In this document: positions 1-10,048 of the stretch, in pieces | How positions within the stretch are numbered: the stretch's first letter is position 1 | How the letters are laid out: the number at the start of each line of letters is the position of its first letter | Source: a virus | Lineage: Duplodnaviria > Caudoviricetes | DNA: 64,000 nucleotides | IMG/VR virus record: IMGVR_UViG_2974613666_000001 | Location: 32,001 to 96,000 of that record | Reading direction: 5' to 3' (one strand) | The notes under the pieces: model-generated | Told to the model about the DNA's origin: nothing | The model's input: only the letters and a program-made list of their open reading frames with translations | The model's database searches: none | Program-made: the position numbers and the translations under genes

Positions 1-24
1 ATTGCTGTAGGGAGTTCAGAGTGG

Positions 25-1665
25 ATGTCTCCTGGGCAACTGATTTATATAGAAAACACAGGAAGTTTCACCGTAATCAGCAAACCAGACCCCATCTCTG
101 CGATTATCCAAAATGACGGCTACCAGGGCAACTTGAACCCCGGTGTAATTGTAATTGCGCCAAAAGGTGTATCTCCTGCTGGTGCTGCGGGATTGAGTGG
201 TAAATCTGGCTATACAACAACAACTGCTGCTTTCTTGCAACCAGCTACAGGACTAACTGTAGAAGTAGCAGTAATTGACAGTAATTGGATGCCTGTGGGT
301 CTGATTACCTTTATTTCAGTAGGGGGATATTACAGGGTTCAGTCAAAACCAAGTAGTACAGCAGTTATCCTTGAAAATCTTGGATATTCTGTAAATGCTG
401 CGGAAGGAGCAACTATAGCAATTTCGCAAACTGTCTCTAGTGGTGGTGTAAGAGGCATTGGTGGGATAGACGGTATTGACGGAATTAATGCTTACACGAC
501 AACGACGGCTGATTTTGTACAACCGTCGGTAGGGATCGCAGTAACTATATCTGTTGGCAGATCAGATTGGATGTCAATTGGTCAGGTGGTTTTCGTCGAG
601 GACGCTGGTAGTTACCAAGTGGCGGTAATTCCAGATAGTATCTCGGCAACTTTAGTGAATTTAGGGTATTCCCACAACGTCGCTTCAGGGACTTCTGTGG
701 TTGCTCCTAAGAAAGTCACACCAGCAGGATTGAATGGTGATACTGGTATTGGTACACCTGGTCAACCCGCTTACACTTCCACTACTTCCAGTTTTGTGCA
801 ACCTGCTAGTGGGGCAAACGTAATAATTGAAGTGGGCAGTTCTGATTGGGCTGGTGTTGGTGCGAGAGTATTTGTTGTTTCCGGTGGTACTTATCAGGTA
901 ATTTCCAAGCCTTCTGCAATCTCTCTAGAAATACAGAATCTAGCGACCTATTCAACTAATACCGCAGCAGGTGCAACTATAAATAGTGGTGTGTTGGTAG
1001 CTCCCACAGGTACTAAAGGCGAGCAAGGCGCGACGGGTACAGTCACAGGATCTAGTGGGTTAATTCTAAATCCTGCAAGTTCAATTACTACTGGAGTTAA
1101 TGAGTATGGTGTGTACTTCGATAGTATTACTGGGTTCCCCAAATACAGATTCCCTGAAAACGGCGCGACAGCAATTGTGGGTAATTATCAAAATGCCATC
1201 TATTTACTACCGTTGACAACACCCTCTACACCATCAACTGCTCATGCTTTCTTTGTTGATAGCGCTGATGGTAGAATTAAAAAAAGGGGGAGCAGTGATG
1301 GTGCTGTAAATCCATTTGCTTTCATCAATCTTCCACAGCAATACAGTAACTTCCAAGGTTCTGTACGTGTAACTCAGAATATATCAGGGAGTGTAACTTT
1401 AGATGGTTCTTTAGCCAACATTTATGACCTAACTGTAACTGCTGAAGTCACTAATTTAACTGTAAATAATCTACAGTCAGGGTTTTATATTTTTAATATA
1501 ATTCAAGGCACAACACCTTATCCTGTGACATTAGATGGGGATGTATTTAAGATACAAGATGATGATATTTCTGTTATTTCAATCACCACTAATAAAAAGA
1601 GTAAGATAACAGGCGAATGTAACGGTACAACTATTGAATACGCAATTGGCGTGTGGAGTATATAA
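25..1665 (+). CDS. Tail fiber-like protein with repeated beta modules and short collagen-like segments (probably 5'-truncated by the window edge)
   Basis: Repeated YTTTTAxFxQP...G.YxV modules and GxY-like stretches (GIDGIDGI, GTKGEQGATG). Followed by a LamG-like gene. The frame is open from base 1. Confidence 0.7.
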   Translation: MSPGQLIYIENTGSFTVISKPDPISAIIQNDGYQGNLNPGVIVIAPKGVSPAGAAGLSGKSGYTTTTAAFLQPATGLTVEVAVIDSNWMPVGLITFISVGGYYRVQSKPSSTAVILENLGYSVNAAEGATIAISQTVSSGGVRGIGGIDGIDGINAYTTTTADFVQPSVGIAVTISVGRSDWMSIGQVVFVEDAGSYQVAVIPDSISATLVNLGYSHNVASGTSVVAPKKVTPAGLNGDTGIGTPGQPAYTSTTSSFVQPASGANVIIEVGSSDWAGVGARVFVVSGGTYQVISKPSAISLEIQNLATYSTNTAAGATINSGVLVAPTGTKGEQGATGTVTGSSGLILNPASSITTGVNEYGVYFDSITGFPKYRFPENGATAIVGNYQNAIYLLPLTTPSTPSTAHAFFVDSADGRIKKRGSSDGAVNPFAFINLPQQYSNFQGSVRVTQNISGSVTLDGSLANIYDLTVTAEVTNLTVNNLQSGFYIFNIIQGTTPYPVTLDGDVFKIQDDDISVISITTNKKSKITGECNGTTIEYAIGVWSI

Positions 1666-2315
1666 TGTTTAATCTAATTGGTTCTGGTTTGATTAATAGT
1701 AAGAAAAAAGCAATAATAACACCCTCTGATCCTACAGTGAAAGCGCTATTTCACTTCGATAGTGATTTCAGTGATGTAAAAGGTAATACTGTGAATCTAA
1801 TCGGAAGTCCAACCCTCTCTACTGCTCAAAGTAAATTTGGAGGTTCATCTTTCTACGCAGACCCCCCCTATTCCCATAGAATAGAAATACCTTCAACAGA
1901 GAATTTAGCGCTAGGAACAGAAAACTTTATCTTTGAATTTTTCTGCTACGCAGTTACGACGGCTCAAAAAAACTTTAATGTTCTAGATACTAATAATCTA
2001 TCATCAGATATATTTTTCTATACACGTGACAATAATATCAGCCTTTTTTATGGCGGAACTAAGATAACTACACCTTGCCCTTCTGGGCAACAGAATTACG
2101 TTGCCTTAACTCGTGAAGGTGGTCTGATAAAGCTTTACGTGAATGGGGTTAAAGCGTCTACTGATTATAATTTTGGTACGGGTTCTTTAGGAACAGCTAC
2201 AAAATTAACAATAGGTACGACTTTTGGAAATAATATCTATATAGATGAGCTTCGATTAAGTATCGGCTCTATTCAGACACCTACCGTAGTCCCAACAGCA
2301 CCGTTTCCCGATTAA
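1653..2315 (+). CDS. LamG/concanavalin A-like tail-associated protein
   Basis: ALFHFD, STAQSKFGGSS, YVALTR..G.IKLYVNG and YIDELRLS are typical of phage LamG-like domains. Confidence 0.8.
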   Translation: MEYIMFNLIGSGLINSKKKAIITPSDPTVKALFHFDSDFSDVKGNTVNLIGSPTLSTAQSKFGGSSFYADPPYSHRIEIPSTENLALGTENFIFEFFCYAVTTAQKNFNVLDTNNLSSDIFFYTRDNNISLFYGGTKITTPCPSGQQNYVALTREGGLIKLYVNGVKASTDYNFGTGSLGTATKLTIGTTFGNNIYIDELRLSIGSIQTPTVVPTAPFPD

Positions 2316-2318
2316 AGC

Positions 2319-2400
2319 ACGAATAACGAACAAGAGATAAAACAACTATTTTCAAACCTGCAAAACATCTAGGCAGGTACTACGGTTAGACAGCTATTCC
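2319..2400 (+). pseudogene. Degenerate remnant of the 5' end of the 2755-4980 gene
   Basis: Reads (ACG)NNEQEIKQLFSNLQNI*AG versus MINEQEIKQLFSRLQNIQSG at 2761. The start codon is lost and there is an in-frame TAG. Confidence 0.7.
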
Positions 2401-2429
2401 CCAGACCTTTAAGCAATCGGAGTAATTGA

Positions 2430-2627
2430 ATGAGCCAGCTAAAAATAGTTGAAGATAACCTGTTTGTATTTGTACTCAACTTTTCTGATACTGTAGTTGA
2501 CTTATATGAAGTATTGAAGGTCTATAATCAGTATGCGTTCTTAAGTGATGACTTTTTCCCGGATATTTACGAAAATCTTTGTGTGAATGCTTATAACGCA
2601 AGAAATATGGAAGATTTGCGTATTTAG
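2430..2627 (+). CDS. Small hypothetical protein
   Basis: 65-aa ORF preceded by GGAG. Confidence 0.4.
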   Translation: MSQLKIVEDNLFVFVLNFSDTVVDLYEVLKVYNQYAFLSDDFFPDIYENLCVNAYNARNMEDLRI

Positions 2628-2754
2628 GCAAATCATTATAGCTTAATACCTCCAAACAAAATACTCGCATACTTTGAAGGAAAAGTTATTGATTTTTCAC
2701 AAGCATATAAAATATCTAAACTTCTTGAGTGCGGTGAAGACTATTACTTGATGG

Positions 2755-4980
2755 ATGAAAATGATTAACGAACAAGAAATAAAGCAACTATTCTCCCGTC
2801 TGCAAAACATCCAATCTGGCACGTCTACAGGTGGACGGGCGGGGAGTAAAATATGGTTCAAATTGCCCCAGGGACAGGAGCAAGCTATCTGCGTTAAAGA
2901 TGTAGAACCTGGGGCTTGCCTGGGGTTGAAAGCCGATGACGGGCAATGGTATTTGACTCAGGCTAGTGAAATCTCTAGGGAGGAGCGATCGCGTCACCAG
3001 ATTAGCTATAGAAGGTGTGAGCAGAAGCCCGAAAACAACTATCCTATTATTTCTTTACTTTACCAAGACCAGAACTTATCTCAAGCGCCACTTAAGCCTG
3101 AATTCAAAATAGCTGAGTATTGGCTGACTGGTAATAAAAAATATAAATTAAAACTTATCACATCAAAAGATGGCGACCCCAGTATAGGCTACGACGACGA
3201 CAAGATGACAGTTGCCAACGATGCAGCCAACGCTTTTGTACATAATTATGGTAAAGGTAAATACTTGTTTGCATCATTTAGATTTGATTTTGCAACCGGA
3301 TACGAGTTTATTATAAAAAAACCCACAGGAGAAACAGTAGAAATAAAGTCCCCTAGCAATGCCGGCTTTGGGTATTTAGGAAATGGGATATATCAGTTCT
3401 ATATTGAGAATGGCATAGGACGTTCGTTGGATGCTATGCTTCCAGACATAAGGATAAATAACGAGACTAGGATGTTTGTCCGTAACGGTACAATTGGCGA
3501 TGTGTATTATGGACTTGATGCGCCTGGTGCTTACCTCGACGGGTTTGGCGGGAATGTCAAATACCTCACTTCTAGTTCTGGAGGTTTTGGCTTTTATGCC
3601 ACATCTAGGCTAAATTCTTATATATTGCCGGAAGGCAAGAATTACACAATATATGATGGCGAATTGATTGAATTAAGCGGTTCAGTCAGTATAAATTTAG
3701 GCGGAATATTTGAATACGAGGGAGTACCTACTGCTAATAATAACTATATTCCTCAGTTTTTAGATCGTCCGCTTTTTGGCTGGAGGAATAGAACAGTATC
3801 ACATACAACGTGGCTACCCAATGAAAATAAAACTTTTACCTTTTTTTCCACAGCAAGTAAAGATACAGTATCTGATCAAGATAACATATATAAGTATACT
3901 TACCTGGAAACTATGTCTGGTGAGCTAATGCTAATGAGTTGGGAAAAAGACTACATAGTGCATAAGTTCTCAGGAGTGAATAAAGAAACTAAGCACATAG
4001 TGAATGAAGAAACTAAGCACATAGAGGGGAATAATGCTACCCTTGCAGAATATATTGCTCCAGGTACACAAATATTAACTCTAAAAAGATATGGTGACGT
4101 GGACGGTGATAATGACCTTCAACTAAACGCAACAGGTAAATTTTTAATTTTACCTAAAACTTACAATACGTCTTTAACTCCAGATACAGTTTCATTTTCA
4201 GTAAGATTGGATTATGGTTTGGATTTTTACACAGATAGGCTTAATCCAAGCTTGGATTTATCATCTTATATAGGTGAAAAGATAATTACTTCTCAAACTA
4301 TGGGTGGTGTGAATTATATAATAAGAGGGTTTATAAAGGGCTTTACAGAAGATGCAAACGGTAGGTTGAATTTCAATATTACGGTAGAAAATATGTCCTC
4401 GATACCGAGAGCAGAGTCTTCTTTAAACTTTATTAAAAATAGAAACCATCCTTTTGTAGATTTTATAGTATTAGACAATGGTTGTTTCTGGAACTACTAT
4501 TTAAGCTCTGCCATTAATGCGGGAGCTATATCGTACAAAAGATTTAACTATGACGGATTTAGCTTTAAAGACATAGAGGGGATGTCTTTTGGTACGAGAA
4601 GAAAAACTTTGACCTGTGATCAGACGATGGGGTTTATCCATACGAACCCCATAACAGTACCTTTCTGCGCTTTATACTTAGATGACATATACGCGCCACC
4701 TGCTAGAGTTCTACTTACAGACAATTTAGTGGGTAGAAGTATTTATAGGGTTAATGATTTTTCATTAATAGACTCATATGTAGATGGAAGTACTGCCGAA
4801 GAACTAAAAATAAAAAAAATGCCTGTATCTGAATGGAAGATTGATGATGAGGGCAACGTTGTGTATAGCAAAACTTTTTTAGTAGACTACATTAATAAAT
4901 TCCCTCACATCAATCCTGACACAAAAACCATTGATCCGAACTTAACTCAATTTGGTAGCAGCTATCACCCAAAAGTTTAG
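2755..4980 (+). CDS. Hypothetical virion/tail-associated protein
   Basis: 741-aa ORF in the tail region, rich in aromatic residues, Gly and Asn. Contains a 24-nt tandem duplication (VNKETKHI/VNEETKHI). Confidence 0.6.
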   Translation: MKMINEQEIKQLFSRLQNIQSGTSTGGRAGSKIWFKLPQGQEQAICVKDVEPGACLGLKADDGQWYLTQASEISREERSRHQISYRRCEQKPENNYPIISLLYQDQNLSQAPLKPEFKIAEYWLTGNKKYKLKLITSKDGDPSIGYDDDKMTVANDAANAFVHNYGKGKYLFASFRFDFATGYEFIIKKPTGETVEIKSPSNAGFGYLGNGIYQFYIENGIGRSLDAMLPDIRINNETRMFVRNGTIGDVYYGLDAPGAYLDGFGGNVKYLTSSSGGFGFYATSRLNSYILPEGKNYTIYDGELIELSGSVSINLGGIFEYEGVPTANNNYIPQFLDRPLFGWRNRTVSHTTWLPNENKTFTFFSTASKDTVSDQDNIYKYTYLETMSGELMLMSWEKDYIVHKFSGVNKETKHIVNEETKHIEGNNATLAEYIAPGTQILTLKRYGDVDGDNDLQLNATGKFLILPKTYNTSLTPDTVSFSVRLDYGLDFYTDRLNPSLDLSSYIGEKIITSQTMGGVNYIIRGFIKGFTEDANGRLNFNITVENMSSIPRAESSLNFIKNRNHPFVDFIVLDNGCFWNYYLSSAINAGAISYKRFNYDGFSFKDIEGMSFGTRRKTLTCDQTMGFIHTNPITVPFCALYLDDIYAPPARVLLTDNLVGRSIYRVNDFSLIDSYVDGSTAEELKIKKMPVSEWKIDDEGNVVYSKTFLVDYINKFPHINPDTKTIDPNLTQFGSSYHPKV

Positions 4981-5058
4981 TGGTATTGCTTAGGGGTTCT
5001 ATCCTGTATCTGCTATCGCTGCTCTTCAAAAGGGAAAGCATTATTGCCGAATAATGCT

Positions 5059-7479
5059 TTACCAGTCAGGCTTTCTACGGCTAACCACAATAGACCAATC
5101 TAGACCGCTACCTAGTGTTTGGGCTATTATCTGAAAAATGGTTAGATCAACTTGCGGAGGTTCTGGATCTGGAGGAATTTGTATTTTATCAAAAGTTACT
5201 ATTGGGTAATCACGCCTACCTAATGTAAGGCTAGTGACTGATGTAATTTTAGGCATACCGTTAATAGAACCAAGTATTGTGTCTGTAGTAGACGCTGATA
5301 GAATTGTGCGTCTACGATACTGGCCGTTACACCAATAAGTGAAAGGATCTCCCTCTTTGAGGTCTGGTCTACCTTCTATTTGAAGAGCCTCAGTAAAACC
5401 ATTCCGCCAATTCTCAACAGCTAGTTTACACCTCGCGCCAGTTATAGCTTGATCAAATGTAGTAGCTGCTGTGAAGGATTCTCTACCTCCAACTGGATTA
5501 CTAGCACTATAACCTTTAGATTGAATGAGATATCTATACTCTTGAGGTGCTGGATCTGTATCAGGTGGGGGTAGGTTGTCTGGGTCGTTTAACTTGAATA
5601 GGGGGGGTCTGCGAGGAGCTAAGGGTAACTCACCTGTACCTTCTTCTACAAATGTCTCTTCAACAGCAGAGGCGATCTCCTGACCCTGCGCGTTAAACTT
5701 TTTAATGTAGGTTGAGAATTTCTGGGGGGACACTTCTTCCTTGTTAGTAACTACAGAGACATTAAGGATAGGGTCTATGCCATAAGTATATTTATACGTA
5801 GGAGGTATTACTTCTGTAAAAGACTCAAACCTCGACTCCTCCCCTACTATTAATCTAGGTAGAAGCTTGTCGGTTGATCCGGGATCTATACCTGTATTTT
5901 CTGGATTCTCTCTGCTTTTATATGATACCGTCTCACTGCGCTCAAATTTTACATAGTAGGGAGGTGCATAATTAAGATTTTTTACAAACACAGGGGAACT
6001 TGTACCATCAGGATTGCACTCCTTACCTTGGACAAGAAAATCGCTGATACTGAATTTGTATTCAGGTATTATTTCTAAATATTTGCTTGATCTTCCCACT
6101 ATAGGAAGATCAAAAAACTGATATAGCTCAAACTCAGGATCTGTTGCACCTAATTGCAAAGTCTGAGGTGCTTCAGTGGATTCCTGTTTGTATCTAACCT
6201 TCTGGAAACCATAAGCGTAAGTAGACAGTAAATAACCTGTTTTAATATCATAATTATATGTTGTTGTTACCTGCCTAATTAGCTGCCAGTAGTTAGAAGG
6301 TATACCATCAAGCCCACCTGTACTAGCGCTATATAAATCATCGGCTATAAAGGCAAAACCATAGGTTTCGTCCACCTGTTTTGTTATAGTACCACCAGAT
6401 TCAGTAATTATAGAACGTGATTTGGTAGTACCTCCTATGTCAAAGCACAGACTCATAGTTTTTATTGTGTCTACACCTTCCAAAACATTGGGAGCATCCT
6501 CATCACCTTCTATGCGCTCTTTAGTTGTTAAATCAATAGCAGTGAAGGTGGGTATATAATTACCCTGCGTTGGGTCAACTATATCAGTATCTAGTGGGTC
6601 TGAAAACTCCCCTGTTAGCTCAACATTAGGATATTCAAACCCTAATGCAATATCCTCTGCTGCTTGTATAGTAGGTACTGGATAAGGTGTAGTTGTTAAA
6701 GGGAAAGTAGTCTGATTATTAAACGTTGGTGAGATATATGGCGGTGAGCTTATTACTGTCTTGGCAGTTCTATCTATAGCCTCGTAGCTAGTTTCTACAG
6801 CCCCGTAAATCTCCGATTCAGGATAATAAGCACCCCCGTAGACATTAATAGATGAAACCTCCACACCATTGGGATTACTCCACCGAATGAATGCGTTAGC
6901 AATCCTTACTCTTTCCTCTAGTAACTGTATTGGATCTACGACAGCATCAAGAGGAGTATTTTCTGGTATGTTTACGGGGTTTAAAGTAACTGAACCTAGG
7001 TAGGGTATGCCTATCTTAGATAGTAAGTTTTGAACTGTTGTAGTTTTGTTTGGATCTGGATCATCAGGATCGTCAGGTACTACGCAATCAGGATCAAGGA
7101 AAGGCACGTCAGTAGGAGGATTGTTAGTACCGTCTCCTCTCAGAAAAGCAACGCTTCCCGCATTATTCTCCCATCTACCACCAAGAGATACGCTGATTCT
7201 GCATCGGCTGTCAGGATGTATAGAACGGGGCATCTCCTGAATCTGAATGTTATTAATCCTAAAAGGTATTCCGTATATATTAAATTCTTTACCCGGTTTA
7301 AATATAGACTGTAATATGTTCTTAGATAACGTGGATTCAAGCTCTAACTGACCACTTGGATGCTGCTCAAACTGGCGGTTAATCTGCACAGTGCCAGTTA
7401 AAGGTAAATTGTAGAAGAATGATGGTAAAGATGTAAGCAGCTTAGGTGCAAAGGGTAATGGGTTAGGAGCCATAGACAA
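5059..7479 (-). CDS. Large putative phage structural (tail/baseplate-like) protein
   Basis: 806-aa Pro/Thr-rich ORF in a minus-strand operon next to tail genes. Function is inferred from context only. Confidence 0.55.
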   Translation of the reverse strand: MSMAPNPLPFAPKLLTSLPSFFYNLPLTGTVQINRQFEQHPSGQLELESTLSKNILQSIFKPGKEFNIYGIPFRINNIQIQEMPRSIHPDSRCRISVSLGGRWENNAGSVAFLRGDGTNNPPTDVPFLDPDCVVPDDPDDPDPNKTTTVQNLLSKIGIPYLGSVTLNPVNIPENTPLDAVVDPIQLLEERVRIANAFIRWSNPNGVEVSSINVYGGAYYPESEIYGAVETSYEAIDRTAKTVISSPPYISPTFNNQTTFPLTTTPYPVPTIQAAEDIALGFEYPNVELTGEFSDPLDTDIVDPTQGNYIPTFTAIDLTTKERIEGDEDAPNVLEGVDTIKTMSLCFDIGGTTKSRSIITESGGTITKQVDETYGFAFIADDLYSASTGGLDGIPSNYWQLIRQVTTTYNYDIKTGYLLSTYAYGFQKVRYKQESTEAPQTLQLGATDPEFELYQFFDLPIVGRSSKYLEIIPEYKFSISDFLVQGKECNPDGTSSPVFVKNLNYAPPYYVKFERSETVSYKSRENPENTGIDPGSTDKLLPRLIVGEESRFESFTEVIPPTYKYTYGIDPILNVSVVTNKEEVSPQKFSTYIKKFNAQGQEIASAVEETFVEEGTGELPLAPRRPPLFKLNDPDNLPPPDTDPAPQEYRYLIQSKGYSASNPVGGRESFTAATTFDQAITGARCKLAVENWRNGFTEALQIEGRPDLKEGDPFTYWCNGQYRRRTILSASTTDTILGSINGMPKITSVTSLTLGRRDYPIVTFDKIQIPPDPEPPQVDLTIFQIIAQTLGSGLDWSIVVSRRKPDW

Positions 7480-7813
7480 CTATAGAAGGTATGACCTCGT
7501 TTAAATAAATTTGAACAGTATTTGTATAGGGATTGTGAAAGAACTCGCCAGCAGTAGGAGATACAGGGTTAACTGCTGGTGTTAGGCTTTTACCATTAGC
7601 TACCACAAGTAAGACCAGCCGCCAATCATTAGGTAAGGGCATAGCCCCTGACGGGTTACTAATTACCACTGTTTTGGTACTAGCGTAGTCAATATTGGCT
7701 AGGTGGGGATAATAAACCCCGTTGGTATTCTGGTCAAAAGAAACCTCGATGAACGGAGTGTACGAACCTAATAGGCTGTCAGGGAAATCAGGGGAGTCTA
7801 TTATTATTGCCAT
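7463..7813 (-). CDS. Hypothetical protein
   Basis: 116-aa ORF overlapping the next gene in the operon. Confidence 0.6.
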   Translation of the reverse strand: MAIIIDSPDFPDSLLGSYTPFIEVSFDQNTNGVYYPHLANIDYASTKTVVISNPSGAMPLPNDWRLVLLVVANGKSLTPAVNPVSPTAGEFFHNPYTNTVQIYLNEVIPSIVVYGS

Positions 7814-7977
7814 TATTTATATTGCTTGTAAGACTTACCCTGTATCTGAGTTCTTGTTAGTTCAAACGGTAGCGTGAACTTAACACCCCTGTAAGTTATC
7901 TGAACATCAGAATCAGTTTTTTTAATTCTGGGTAGTAGTTTGTAGAATAAATTGGCATTTTCTTCTGTTGTGTACAT
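7813..7977 (-). CDS. Small hypothetical protein (54 aa, MYTTEENANLFYKLL...)
   Basis: Read by hand. Its stop overlaps the ATG at 7813 (TAATG coupling). Confidence 0.5.
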   Translation of the reverse strand: MYTTEENANLFYKLLPRIKKTDSDVQITYRGVKFTLPFELTRTQIQGKSYKQYK

Positions 7978-7999
7978 AGCTTTTCTTTAATACAAGTCC

Positions 8000-8329
8000 T
8001 TAAACAGGTGTAGGATTTGAATCATCACTTTCTGGTTCTTCGTAATCTAAAGGGCAATCACCAGGAGTAACGTATTCAGCAGGGGATAATCCTAGCAGGG
8101 TCATAGCTTCTGACAATAAGCCGATCAAATACAAGCGACGTGCAGGACGGCTCACCACTAAATCAGTCCAGTAATTACCATCAGAATCAGGCACTCTAGA
8201 AATAGTTACATGAAGGTCGTCAGAAGGTAGACCGCCAAAGTCTCCGGTAGTGGACGCTAATAAGTCTTCATCTGTTTGAATAGTCTCACTGAAGTCATTA
8301 CCTTGATCTGGTTTAGGTTGGTCAGCCAT
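8000..8329 (-). CDS. Acidic hypothetical protein
   Basis: 109-aa ORF, first gene of the minus-strand operon. Confidence 0.6.
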   Translation of the reverse strand: MADQPKPDQGNDFSETIQTDEDLLASTTGDFGGLPSDDLHVTISRVPDSDGNYWTDLVVSRPARRLYLIGLLSEAMTLLGLSPAEYVTPGDCPLDYEEPESDDSNPTPV

Positions 8330-8894
8330 ATCACTTATTTTGATTACTAGCTCAATTATATAAACCCAACCACATATATATGTATGACCATTTAGAAGCG
8401 ATTTGGTTCTTAAGTATGACTTGATATCCCATCAACGCCCTGACTGTGATTTAGCAAGATTACTTTTAAGTTTGTTCGATCAGCTTCTGCTATCTCAGAG
8501 CCTGAACCGTATTATTAGCAATAGCTGAGGGTGTTCCAACATTCGAGGTAAGAATAGACTGATATGAATGTTAGAACACCCTTTTAACCCTTACTATATA
8601 TACGTTCTAGCCTTACGATCTTTTTAACTAGATCCAATAATTTTTACAATGAGTGCTATTCTATCTCACTAATTAATATAATTTTTGCTATCTATTATCA
8701 AGCTACTTAATTGATTATTGTTAGGGGCGATCGCTTTAGAGACGTTAGGGTACGCTGTTTACTCCTTATTGGGGCAAAAAAGTGGTGGGTGGTGACGGGA
8801 AACAGTAAATTACTAAAAATTTGCAGCACAAATGTCTGGACTACAAGAGCTAAAAATAAGCTTAAGGGTCGTAGCCCTTGGGTATATTGATTTG

Positions 8895-9753
8895 AAAAGC
8901 TTACCTGACCCTCTCAGCCAACGTCAGGCGATCGTCTGAGGGGAAGCTTTTGTTTTTGTCATCGAGTTTTTCTGATTTCTCAGAGTTGCGTCAATACAGG
9001 TAGTCTGCGGGAATTGTCCCGGTTTTTAAAATTTTGAGAATAGCTTTATACTTATCCGAAGTCTTCAGTAGTTCTTTTTTCACGCATCCCGGTCACAGGA
9101 GTTGGTACTCTGAAAGTTTCACCCTTTTATCCTAGTGGGTAACTTACTCTTACTCCTACCATCAGCAAGGTTCTTGAGTCGCCTGGTGAAATTCTTAGCT
9201 GGTGTCTTCTTAGCTCACTTATTGCGTCGTATTCCGCCTTCCGCTTACTTGACTTTATATACGAGAGTTCAAGTCCTCCACAGTTCGCTACACTGCTTTG
9301 TTTTGACCATTAACCAGAACTTCGTTTTATTACGGAGTTACGTTTCCGCATCAGCTTACAACCTTTTTCCTTTGGGCTAGTTTTACCGGGAACACCGCTA
9401 CCCCTCAGCTACTAAGAACTGCTATATAGTAACTTGACGCTACCCTAGCATATACTGCTTACCCTTCCAAGTTACACAGTCTTAGCACTTACTCATTCCC
9501 TCAAGGCTCCTATACTACCCATTCCTTGCAGAACTTCATACGTATCAGAGAGGTACTTGCCTGAGCATCTTTCTGGTTGCTCCGAGGTTATGCTCGGATT
9601 AGAATCTTGTTGACCTCTTTTATGAGGCTTTGCCTTACTCCCTACTCCCTGCCCTTCTAAAATAAATTAGATAGGTTGTGTTGTCGTGGTGGTTAGCATT
9701 CGCAAGATTAGCATCTGGTCACACTCGGCTTTACGCCGCAGGTATCAGATGCC
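8895..9753 (-). ncRNA. Large (~860 nt) structured non-coding RNA candidate, family unassigned (RNA-A)
   Basis: No credible ORF. Purine-rich minus strand with many hairpins (5' GGCAUCUG..CAGAUGCU, UGCG-GAAA-CGUA, CUGA-GAAA-UCAG) and a promoter directly upstream. Shares a 3' pseudoknot and sequence blocks with 41830-42197. Confidence 0.7.
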
Positions 9754-9756
9754 TAA

Positions 9757-9786
9757 ATAATAGCACAGGATTTTGATATGAGTCAA
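9757..9786 (-). promoter_or_regulatory. Sigma70-type promoter of RNA-A
   Basis: TTGACT-N18-TATTAT with an extended TG on the minus strand. Confidence 0.65.
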
Positions 9787-9818
9787 ATGTTTTTTGTAAA
9801 TATTGCTTTGTCAGTTTT

Positions 9819-9925
9819 GTTTCGATCCTTATTAGGGATCGTGCCTTTGTTATAACTCCTATTTAGAAAATCAGGTAATACTGTTTCTGTTTCAATCCTT
9901 TATAGGGTTATAGCATTTTTATAGT
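9819..9925 (-). CRISPR. Degenerate two-repeat, one-spacer CRISPR-like mini-array with no cas genes in the window
   Basis: Minus strand: ACTATAAAAATGCTATAACCCTATAAAGGATTGAAAC (37 nt), a 32-nt spacer, then GTTATAACAAAGGCACGATCCCTAATAAGGATCGAAAC (38 nt). The 3' halves resemble cyanobacterial repeats ending AATCCCTATTAGGGATTGAAAC. Confidence 0.6.
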
Positions 9926-9990
9926 TTATTAAGTTTATAGTGGTCTAAAGCCCTACCATTTAAGATATACCATTTATTTTACAATTAATG

Positions 9991-10019
9991 TTGCTATTTT
10001 GTAAAATATCTAGTATACT
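9991..10019 (+). promoter_or_regulatory. Promoter upstream of tnpB
   Basis: TTGCTA-N17-TATACT. Confidence 0.55.
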
Positions 10020-10048
10020 TGAAGCAACAACATTAGCATCAGGTCGAA

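Noticed and set aside
9135-9380. 81-aa plus-strand ORF
   Set aside because: No RBS or recognisable motif. It lies antisense within the structured RNA candidate.
9857-9888. Self-target of the mini-array spacer within the window
   Set aside because: Only ~12-nt partial matches were seen (near 1781 and 48411), compatible with chance in AT-rich DNA.
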